Shown here in pieces: positions 25,670 through 32,000 of a DNA stretch of 32,000 nucleotides (the stretch's first letter is position 1; each line of letters opens with the position of its first letter). Both the position numbers and the translations under genes were made by a program. Origin of the DNA: an uncultured Erysipelotrichaceae bacterium (GTDB taxonomy: Bacteria > Bacillota_I > Bacilli_A > Erysipelotrichales > Erysipelotrichaceae); NCBI GenBank assembly GCA_942493105.1, contig OW818668.1, positions 600,001 through 632,000 on the forward strand, read 5' to 3'. A model generated the notes under the pieces. It was not told the DNA's origin, did no database searches, and saw only the letters and a program-made list of their open reading frames with translations.

Positions 25670-26717
25670 TGGCCTCCTTCAGTTTATAGAGCACAGAATC
25701 AATCAGTAATGCTAAATTCGCATTCGTGTTGATTTTATCCTCCGCATCATTAAACAAATTAAATGCCGTCATTGGATCCATAATGGGTCCAATATGATTC
25801 ATTCTTGTTTTCCATACAGGAGAATGAATCGGCGTATTAAACATCATATCCTTGAAAAACAACATCCCGATCTTAAAGAAAAACGAGAGTCTTCTTCGAT
25901 CTACGACTGGTCCTTTTTCAACCGGTTCTTTAGCTTTCTTCTTATCTTCTGGCTTTGAATCACCCATATCGGGTTTTTCAACTTCTTTGCGTTTAGCCAA
26001 CAACTGATTTTGAACAAATATCTCACCTAAGAAAGGTGCTTTGACATATTCATCCACGAAAAGTCCAAACATATTCAAGGCATGTTTGAAATCGTCATTG
26101 ATTTGACGATCCAACATCCCTTCCGCATTATCAACCAATTGACTCAATAATTGGGTCTCATAAGGATCATTGTTTTCAAGATCGATCTGAGCCATAAGTT
26201 CTTGTTTATTTTGAGCTTTGAAGCTTAAGGTTTGACAGCGCGATATGATGGTTTCTAATAACTGCTCCGGATGAGTTGAGATCAAGATCGCATAAGTATC
26301 CGATCCGCTAGGTTCTTCCAGAAATTTAAGCAAACTGTTTAAGGCTTCTGTTGTGGCATTTTCAGCCGCATTGACAATATAAATCTTTTTACCGTAGATT
26401 TCTAGTGCTGTCTTAGAAAACTTCTCTTGCATATCTAGAACTTGATCTTTTTTAATGGAAGTCATACTTCCATCTAAGATAATCAAATCAGTAAAATGAT
26501 TCTCTTGTATTCTAACACAGATCTCACAGGTTTCGCAGGCCCAAGGATCACGATGAGGGCAAACCAAGGATTGCGCAAAAAGAAGCGCTGTTTCCAACAT
26601 CTTTGTCCCTTTGGATCCAGTAAAAAGATAAGCATGCGAAGCTTGTTTATGTTTTAGGGCATTAAATAAGACCCTTTCAACAATGGGTTGGCGCTCTTTG
26701 AGCACTTCTTTAAACAT
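25659..26717 (-). CDS. holB: DNA polymerase III subunit delta prime
   Basis: HAYLFTG, zinc-module-like CPHRDPWACETCEIC, SRCQ sensor motif. Follows tmk with an 8-nt overlap. Confidence 0.85.
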   Translation of the reverse strand: MFKEVLKERQPIVERVLFNALKHKQASHAYLFTGSKGTKMLETALLFAQSLVCPHRDPWACETCEICVRIQENHFTDLIILDGSMTSIKKDQVLDMQEKFSKTALEIYGKKIYIVNAAENATTEALNSLLKFLEEPSGSDTYAILISTHPEQLLETIISRCQTLSFKAQNKQELMAQIDLENNDPYETQLLSQLVDNAEGMLDRQINDDFKHALNMFGLFVDEYVKAPFLGEIFVQNQLLAKRKEVEKPDMGDSKPEDKKKAKEPVEKGPVVDRRRLSFFFKIGMLFFKDMMFNTPIHSPVWKTRMNHIGPIMDPMTAFNLFNDAEDKINTNANLALLIDSVLYKLKEANDD

Positions 26718-27342
26718 AGGCTTTAACCTTCTTCAAGACAGCCTCATAGGCTTCTTTCTGAACGGTTTTTATCTCCTGATCCGCATTGACCACAACGATT
26801 CTATCGCTGAAGCGACGTTTTACTTCTTGGTAGCCTTCAACGACCAATTCATGAAAATTGATTTTCTCTTGGTCTAAGCGATCTAGAAACTTGCGTCCAG
26901 CAATACGATCTAGTCCTGCTTGGGCTGATAAATCAAGATATACGGTCAAATCAGGCAAGTAGTCATCAATTGCGAAACGATTGATCATATAGACTTCATC
27001 AAATCCTACGCCTCTGCCAACCCCTTGATAAGCCAAGGAACTGTCTACGAAACGATCACAGATTACAATCTTGCCGGCTTCTAAAGCAGGGAGTATCTTC
27101 TCGATCAAATGTTGTCTACGACTGGCAGCATATAAAAGCACTTCCGTTTTAACATCCATCTTGGTATTTTTTGGATCCAAAATGACATGGCGGATTTGTT
27201 CAGCAATGTCGACACCCCCAGGTTCTCTGGTATGGATGATATCATAACCCAAGTCTAGTAACTGTTGGACCACATAACTGCTGACTGTGGTCTTTCCGCT
27301 GCCGTCGGGACCTTCAAATGTGATAAATAGACCTTTTTTCAT
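26710..27342 (-). CDS. tmk: Thymidylate kinase
   Basis: P-loop FEGPDGSGKTT, DRFVDSSLAYQG. Confidence 0.95.
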   Translation of the reverse strand: MKKGLFITFEGPDGSGKTTVSSYVVQQLLDLGYDIIHTREPGGVDIAEQIRHVILDPKNTKMDVKTEVLLYAASRRQHLIEKILPALEAGKIVICDRFVDSSLAYQGVGRGVGFDEVYMINRFAIDDYLPDLTVYLDLSAQAGLDRIAGRKFLDRLDQEKINFHELVVEGYQEVKRRFSDRIVVVNADQEIKTVQKEAYEAVLKKVKAYV

Positions 27343-27407
27343 CGAGCTTACCCCGTGTTTTCATTATACCAAAACTCATGGTCCCCTTCAAACAAACATA
27401 GGGGTCA

Positions 27408-27416
27408 TGTTATACT
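27408..27416 (+). promoter_or_regulatory. Extended -10 element (TGtTATACT) placed for a leaderless nudF mRNA
   Basis: tgttatact at 27408-27416. Only atcccc (no SD) separates it from the ATG at 27423. Confidence 0.35.
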
Positions 27417-27422
27417 ATCCCC

Positions 27423-27974
27423 ATGAACTTGATCGAAAAGAAATTATCTGGCAATCTTAAATTTAAAGGAAAGATCATTGAGGTCCATCATGATGAGATC
27501 TTATTGCCTAATGGTGATCAATCCATGCGTGAGATCGTTAAACATCCTGGTGGCGTTTGTATTGCGGCACAAAATGAAAAAGGTGAGTTTTTATTGGTTG
27601 AACAATTTCGTTATGTCTTCGATCAGGTCTTATTGGAATTTACGGCTGGTAAATTAGAAAAAGATGAGAATCCTTTAGATGCTGCCAATCGAGAACTTAT
27701 TGAAGAGACAGGCTATGAAGCCTTAGAAATGATTCCTCTAGGTACGATTTATCCTTCTCCTGGTTATTTAGGTGAAATCATTTATCTCTACTATGCCCCA
27801 AAAACAAAGTTCGTCGGTCAAAAACTCGATCATCATGAATTTCTAAACGTTAAAACGTACCTTTTAGATCAATTGATAGAATTGGTTATGAATGATCAGC
27901 TCAACGACTCAAAAACCATCGCTTTGATCATGAAGTTATCACAACTGAAGCCATCACTTATAAAAGAAATCTAG
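27423..27974 (+). CDS. nudF: ADP-ribose pyrophosphatase (NUDIX hydrolase)
   Basis: Nudix box GKLEKDENPLDAANRELIEETGY. The N-terminal beta domain is typical of NudF/YqkG. Confidence 0.85.
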   Translation: MNLIEKKLSGNLKFKGKIIEVHHDEILLPNGDQSMREIVKHPGGVCIAAQNEKGEFLLVEQFRYVFDQVLLEFTAGKLEKDENPLDAANRELIEETGYEALEMIPLGTIYPSPGYLGEIIYLYYAPKTKFVGQKLDHHEFLNVKTYLLDQLIELVMNDQLNDSKTIALIMKLSQLKPSLIKEI

Positions 27975-27990
27975 ACAGATTTCTTTTACT
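27963..27990 (+). terminator. Intrinsic terminator at the nudF stop (a second hairpin follows at 27997-28034)
   Basis: aaagaaatct-agac-agatttcttt, followed by tactttt. Then caatcc...ggattg + tttcatttt. Confidence 0.55.
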
Positions 27991-28152
27991 TTTAAGCAAT
28001 CCTTGCTTGAATCCAAGACGGATTGTTTCATTTTAGATCCTTTAAAGGCTGTGATCTAGTGAATAAGGTGGATGCTTTTACACAAATCATCAAGAAACTA
28101 AGTATTACTTTAGATATGATCGACTTAGAAAGGATCGACACTGAGATAAACA

Positions 28153-28980
28153 ATGAAAAATCTACTGGTCATAGCTTCAGCACTAGAAGTTGTTGAAGAT
28201 AAATTAAAAGAGCCATTGTCGGTAGAGGAACTGGCGAAATCTTGTTATGTATCTGTATCTGGTCTTCAAAAACTTTTCAAATATGTTTTTGGATGTTCAG
28301 TAAAAGAATACATTTCTAAGCGAAAATTATCATTAGCCGCATACGATTTGATTCATACCCATCAAACCATTACCGAGATTGCCATGACTTATACCTATGA
28401 TTCACCTGAAGTCTTCTCCAAAGCTTTTAAACGATTTTGGGGTGTTTTGCCTTCGATATATCGTAAACAACATGATTTTTCAGAACTATTTCCTAAATTC
28501 AGAGTCGAATATGATGAACAAGTAATTATGGAAGATCGAAGAACTGTGGATGTTTCCCAACTTTATGAAGAACTAAAGTCTTTAGGAGGCACAATCATTT
28601 TATGTACCGACATTGTAGATCTTAGAGGAATCAATGAAAACTTTGGTTATGCAGCAGGTGATTTGGCCATTGCAGAATCTGCAAAAAGAATAGATAGAGT
28701 GATTGAAAAAGATATGCTTATGTTTCGCATTGGGCGAGATGAATTTGCCATCATCACAAAACTTCATAACCTTGATGACGCGGTCAAATTAGCGAAAAAA
28801 ATAAGTGCATTTAATCATCAGACATTGTCTATGAACGATAAGAAATTCGATTTATCTTTAAGGATCGCCATCAATACGATTCCTTCTGGTCCATTAAGCT
28901 ACAAAGAAATTTTAGATTCAATGTTTAGTACCCTTCATCAGATACGTGAAGACAAATCCGTTATTGGAATTGGCCATTAA
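28153..28980 (+). CDS. AraC-family HTH regulator fused to a compact GGDEF-like domain with a GRDEF signature
   Basis: aa 1-105 form the AraC double HTH (LSVEELAKSCYVSVSGLQKLFK ... ITEIAMTYTYDSPEVFSKAFKRFWG). aa 140-270 carry TDIVDLRGINENFGYAAGD ... FRIGRDEFAII, a GGDEF-fold pattern. Confidence 0.75.
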   Translation: MKNLLVIASALEVVEDKLKEPLSVEELAKSCYVSVSGLQKLFKYVFGCSVKEYISKRKLSLAAYDLIHTHQTITEIAMTYTYDSPEVFSKAFKRFWGVLPSIYRKQHDFSELFPKFRVEYDEQVIMEDRRTVDVSQLYEELKSLGGTIILCTDIVDLRGINENFGYAAGDLAIAESAKRIDRVIEKDMLMFRIGRDEFAIITKLHNLDDAVKLAKKISAFNHQTLSMNDKKFDLSLRIAINTIPSGPLSYKEILDSMFSTLHQIREDKSVIGIGH

Positions 28981-29033
28981 GGTTATCACCTTTGAGATCG
29001 ATTTGATTTGTATAGGTTTGAATATTTATATGG

Positions 29034-29450
29034 TTAAATATAATACATCGGTTCATCTTGGAGATATGTACTTAACTCATCTAGTTTAATCGAAGTCAAT
29101 TTTTGAATGACAGCTTGGCTTAATGGTTGATAAACCTGTTCATCCAGAATCAAGCCCAATGATTTTTGTGTTTTCGTTGTGTTTTCAACAGGTGCTAAAC
29201 TTGGTTCAAGTATGGATAAGACATCATACACTGTTAAATTAGCTTCAGGTTTGATCATATATCCACCACTGGGTCCTTTTATAGAGACCACAATGTGGTG
29301 TGACTTTAAAACAGATAGGATCTGTTCAAGATAGAGTTTAGACAAGCCTAAAATTTCAGATATGGATGTCAAAGACATAACTTTACCTTTGTTTTTATTG
29401 AGTGTTACAACGACAGCTAAACCATAGCGTCCTTTAGTGGTCAGTTTCAT
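29034..29450 (-). CDS. cymR: Rrf2-family transcriptional regulator, CymR-like (no cysteine ligands)
   Basis: MKLTTKGRYGLAVVV ... SISEILGLSKLYLEQILSVLK winged HTH. The protein contains no Cys at all. Divergent from cysK. Confidence 0.75.
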   Translation of the reverse strand: MKLTTKGRYGLAVVVTLNKNKGKVMSLTSISEILGLSKLYLEQILSVLKSHHIVVSIKGPSGGYMIKPEANLTVYDVLSILEPSLAPVENTTKTQKSLGLILDEQVYQPLSQAVIQKLTSIKLDELSTYLQDEPMYYI

Positions 29451-29462
29451 AGGGTATCTTCC

Positions 29463-29491
29463 TTGACGACGGGTCTTTCCTTAAGTATAAT
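29463..29491 (+). promoter_or_regulatory. cysK promoter
   Basis: TTGACG (29463-29468), 17-nt spacer, TATAAT (29486-29491). Confidence 0.6.
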
Positions 29492-29508
29492 GTCATTATA
29501 ACATATAT

Positions 29509-29529
29509 AACATAGTATATTACTATGTT
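29509..29529. promoter_or_regulatory. Perfect 9-3-9 palindrome, candidate Rrf2/CymR operator
   Basis: AACATAGTA tat TACTATGTT lies between the -10 box and the cysK SD, preceded by the direct repeat ATAACATA x2. Confidence 0.45.
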
Positions 29530-29537
29530 TAGGAGAA

Positions 29538-30482
29538 ATGATGACAAAGATTGCACAAAACATGACCGAATTGATTGGGAATACCCCTTTGGTTCGTTTA
29601 CACAGATTCGAAAAGCTTCATGGTTTAGATGTCCAGTTGTATGGAAAAATCGAAGGATTGAATCCTGCCGGTTCGGTAAAGGATCGCATTGCTTTAGCTA
29701 TGATCAATGCCGCTGAAAAATCAGGTCAATTAAAACCAGGTTATGTGATCATCGAACCTACCAGTGGAAATACAGGTATTGGTTTAGCAGCTATTGCAGC
29801 CTCAAAAGGTTACCGCATCATCTTAACGATGCCTGAAACAATGAGTATTGAGCGAAGGAAACTATTGAAAGCATATGGAGCTGAAGTGATCTTGACAGAA
29901 GGCTCTAAAGGCATGAAAGGTTCCATTGCGAAGGCTGAAGAGCTTTTAGCAATCACCCCAAACTCATTTATGCCCTCTCAATTTGAAAATCCAGCCAATC
30001 CAGCTGTGCATGCCGCAACGACAGGTCCAGAAATCTTTTATGCGCTTGATGGGTTAGTGGATATCTTGGTGGCAGGTATCGGAACTGGCGGAACAATCAG
30101 CGGTGCCGGTGCTTACTTAAAAGAAAAAATCCCTTCCGTTAAAGTTATCGCCTCTGAACCTTTTGATTCTCCAATGTTGTCTGAAGGCCGAACAGGGCCA
30201 CATAAGATCGCAGGATGGGGTCCAGGTTTTATCCCCAACACTTTGAATACATCGATCTATGATGAAGTATTGACCGTTACGACTCAACAAGCCTTTGATA
30301 GAGCTCGTGAATTGGCAAAGAATGAAGGCATTTTAGTTGGGATATCCTCAGGAGCAGCTTTACATTCAGCCTTAGAAGTCGCAAGTCGTGCTGAAAATAA
30401 AGGGAAATCGATCGTAGTTATCTTTCCTGATGGCGGTGAGCGTTATTTATCTACTCCGCTGTATGAGACTGATACAGTATAA
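29538..30482 (+). CDS. cysK: Cysteine synthase A (O-acetylserine sulfhydrylase)
   Basis: PLP lysine context NPAGSVKDRIA, TSGNTGIGLA, GIGTGGTISG. The second ATG (29541) has better SD spacing. Confidence 0.95.
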   Translation: MMTKIAQNMTELIGNTPLVRLHRFEKLHGLDVQLYGKIEGLNPAGSVKDRIALAMINAAEKSGQLKPGYVIIEPTSGNTGIGLAAIAASKGYRIILTMPETMSIERRKLLKAYGAEVILTEGSKGMKGSIAKAEELLAITPNSFMPSQFENPANPAVHAATTGPEIFYALDGLVDILVAGIGTGGTISGAGAYLKEKIPSVKVIASEPFDSPMLSEGRTGPHKIAGWGPGFIPNTLNTSIYDEVLTVTTQQAFDRARELAKNEGILVGISSGAALHSALEVASRAENKGKSIVVIFPDGGERYLSTPLYETDTV

Positions 30483-30507
30483 AAGTACTTACTTCAATGA
30501 ATTCTAG

Positions 30508-30541
30508 AGACGGTCATATTAATATTGACCGTCTTTTTTTA
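30508..30541 (+). terminator. Intrinsic terminator after cysK
   Basis: agacggtca ... tgaccgtct hairpin followed by a T7 run. Confidence 0.75.
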
Positions 30542-30631
30542 TTATTTTGTAGCCGTATTCTAAGGATCTCTTTATCATTTGTTTAATGTAATTTTAATCC
30601 ACTCAACGTATACTATGTATAGAGGTTTACC

Positions 30632-31309
30632 ATGCGTATCTTAATCGTAGAAGATGAAAAAGACTTGAATCGTATCATCACTAAGAAATTAGCCCTTGAA
30701 GGTTGGATATGCGAATCTTGCTTTGATGGTGAAGAAGCCTTATTGTTTTTAGAAAGCAATCTTGTTTTTGATGCGGTCATCCTTGATGTTATGATCCCAA
30801 AGATTAATGGTTTTGATGTTTTAGTTCGTTTACGAAACCTTGGAAGAAATGTTCCAGTTTTGATGTTGACCGCGAAAGATGCTGTCTCAGATCGTGTTAT
30901 GGGTCTAGATCTTGGGGCTGACGATTATCTTGTCAAACCATTTGCTTTCGACGAACTTATGGCTCGTCTACGACTTATAACCCGTAAAAGCAGTGGAGTT
31001 AAAACCAATGTCTTTACGATTTCTGATTTAAGTTTAAATGTCTTAACGAAAGAAGTCGTCAGAGGTGGCCGCAGAATTTACTTGTCCGCTAAAGAGTTCG
31101 CAGTTCTTGAGGTTATGATTCGAAACAAAGGAATCGTCTTAACAAGAGAACACATTGAAGATCGAATCACCAGCATTGAGAAAGAATCAAATTCTAATGT
31201 TATCGATGTTTATATCCGTTATTTAAGAAAGAAGATCGATGATGATCATGCGGTAAAACTGATTCACACAGTTAGAGGCAGTGGTTATATCTTAAGAGAT
31301 GAAACATGA
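30632..31309 (+). CDS. OmpR/PhoB-family response regulator
   Basis: Receiver domain (ILIVEDE, ILDVMIP, LTAKD, K in YLVKPF) plus a winged-helix C-terminus (VRGSGYIL). Confidence 0.92.
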   Translation: MRILIVEDEKDLNRIITKKLALEGWICESCFDGEEALLFLESNLVFDAVILDVMIPKINGFDVLVRLRNLGRNVPVLMLTAKDAVSDRVMGLDLGADDYLVKPFAFDELMARLRLITRKSSGVKTNVFTISDLSLNVLTKEVVRGGRRIYLSAKEFAVLEVMIRNKGIVLTREHIEDRITSIEKESNSNVIDVYIRYLRKKIDDDHAVKLIHTVRGSGYILRDET

Positions 31310-32000
31310 AGCATTTATCCATTAAACTTAAAGTAACCTTGTGGTATACCTTTTTGATGATCTTGGTGGTTGGTTCAGTTTTAATATTCATGATGCTGAT
31401 CAGTAATACCATTGTTACCAGAGATGTCAAAGCCCAACTTACAGCTACGGTCAATTCGATTGGAGACTCATTATCTATGGATGATGAGAAGCTCGATCTG
31501 GATTTTGAATTCAGTTTATTTCAGAATCAAGTGTATACCCTTTTGTATGATGATCGAAAAGTCTTGCTAAAGGGGAACTATCCTAATGCATTTGTCAGTG
31601 AAGGATTGGCATTTGTAAATGAGTCAACCAGGACCATTGTAAACGAAGAGGTGACTTATTATGTTTATGACCGTCTTTATAATGTGTCTGGTGAAGAAGG
31701 CTCTGTTAAAGTATGGATAAGAGGCATTATTGAAGCAGATAAGTCGCCTAATCTTATGAAATCCTTGTTTGAAACCGGACTTTTTGCCTTACCTTTTATG
31801 GTACTGGTTGCATCTATAGGTGGCTATCTTATCTCAAAACAGGCTTTTAAACCCATAGATCAACTTATGAAAGCTTCCAATGACATTAAGAATGGCGGAG
31901 ATTTATCAAAACGTATTGGTCTTGAAGATAATCATGATGAGATTGGAAAATTAGCATCGAATTTCGATTTGATGTTAAGCCGTCTAGAAAGTTCATTTGA
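31306..32000 (+). CDS. Sensor histidine kinase, N-terminal part (runs off the right edge)
   Basis: ATG at 31306 overlaps the RR stop (ATGA). Two TM segments flank a loop of about 150 aa, then a HAMP-like segment (KPIDQLMKASNDI...DEIGKLASNFDLMLSRLE). Not in the ORF track because it is open at the window end. Confidence 0.8.
   Translation, partial: MKHLSIKLKVTLWYTFLMILVVGSVLIFMMLISNTIVTRDVKAQLTATVNSIGDSLSMDDEKLDLDFEFSLFQNQVYTLLYDDRKVLLKGNYPNAFVSEGLAFVNESTRTIVNEEVTYYVYDRLYNVSGEEGSVKVWIRGIIEADKSPNLMKSLFETGLFALPFMVLVASIGGYLISKQAFKPIDQLMKASNDIKNGGDLSKRIGLEDNHDEIGKLASNFDLMLSRLESSF

Noticed and set aside
28059-28196. Small GTG-initiated ORF (45 aa) in the 178-bp region upstream of, and overlapping, the AraC-GGDEF start
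   Set aside because: No SD and no recognisable motif, and it overlaps the downstream start out of frame. It may still be worth checking by ribosome profiling.
1-32000. Many short ORFs in the track that overlap strong genes, mostly on the opposite strand and a few in an alternative frame of the same strand (e.g. 610..813, 1847..2211, 2395..2670, 4052..4291, 5864..6215, 8060..8320, 8301..8693, 8690..9013, 9548..9742, 10698..10898, 16462..16647, 17577..17822, 19287..19576, 19823..20053, 20131..20421, 20598..20918, 21538..21792, 22262..23010, 23322..23649, 23995..24319, 26683..26877, 29525..29716, 31272..31454)
   Set aside because: Each lies within, or overlaps, a well-supported gene with clear family motifs. 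They show low-complexity or Cys/Phe/Ser-rich composition typical of wrong-strand or wrong-frame reading, and none has a convincing SD.
1-32000. Search for CRISPR arrays, tRNA, rRNA or other tandem repeat arrays
   Set aside because: No regularly spaced direct repeats, no cloverleaf-like GC-rich islands and no rRNA-like segments were seen. The only structured RNA element found is the T-box leader.

Overview
Family calls here come from reading motifs by eye; no database search or computation was run. The window is a low-GC, standard-code Bacillota-type chromosomal segment. The lineage guess (Erysipelotrichia-like or another wall-containing low-GC group) cannot be verified here. Most genes lie on the minus strand in housekeeping operons. 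These are mnmG-rsmG-noc-soj-spo0J-mnmE-tatD (1.2-8.3 kb), a T-box(Met)-controlled metG / AlkA-like glycosylase / GT2 unit (13.5-17.3 kb), and tmk-holB-ricT-rsmI (24.0-27.3 kb). Other features are a ferritin-like/VIT iron transporter, rubrerythrin, a YtrA-type GntR-ABC operon whose permease carries a large extracytoplasmic domain, nudF, a head-to-head CymR-like/cysK pair, an AraC-HTH::GGDEF-like fusion, and an OmpR-type RR/HK pair that runs off the right edge. Between metG and rbr sits a roughly 6 kb accessory stretch (17.35-23.3 kb). It holds two distantly paralogous lipoproteins bracketing a translationally coupled ADP-ribosylglycohydrolase + cytoplasmic vWA(MIDAS) operon. The C-terminal half of the vWA protein looks like two degenerate retropepsin-like lobes. 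This operon is the best candidate for an undescribed system. Next to it is an intact 1520-bp IS3-family element (OrfA/OrfB, A7 -1 frameshift site, 39-bp IRs, 3-bp TSD). It has inserted exactly into the tetraloop of the rubrerythrin terminator hairpin. I saw no CRISPR array, tRNA or rRNA.
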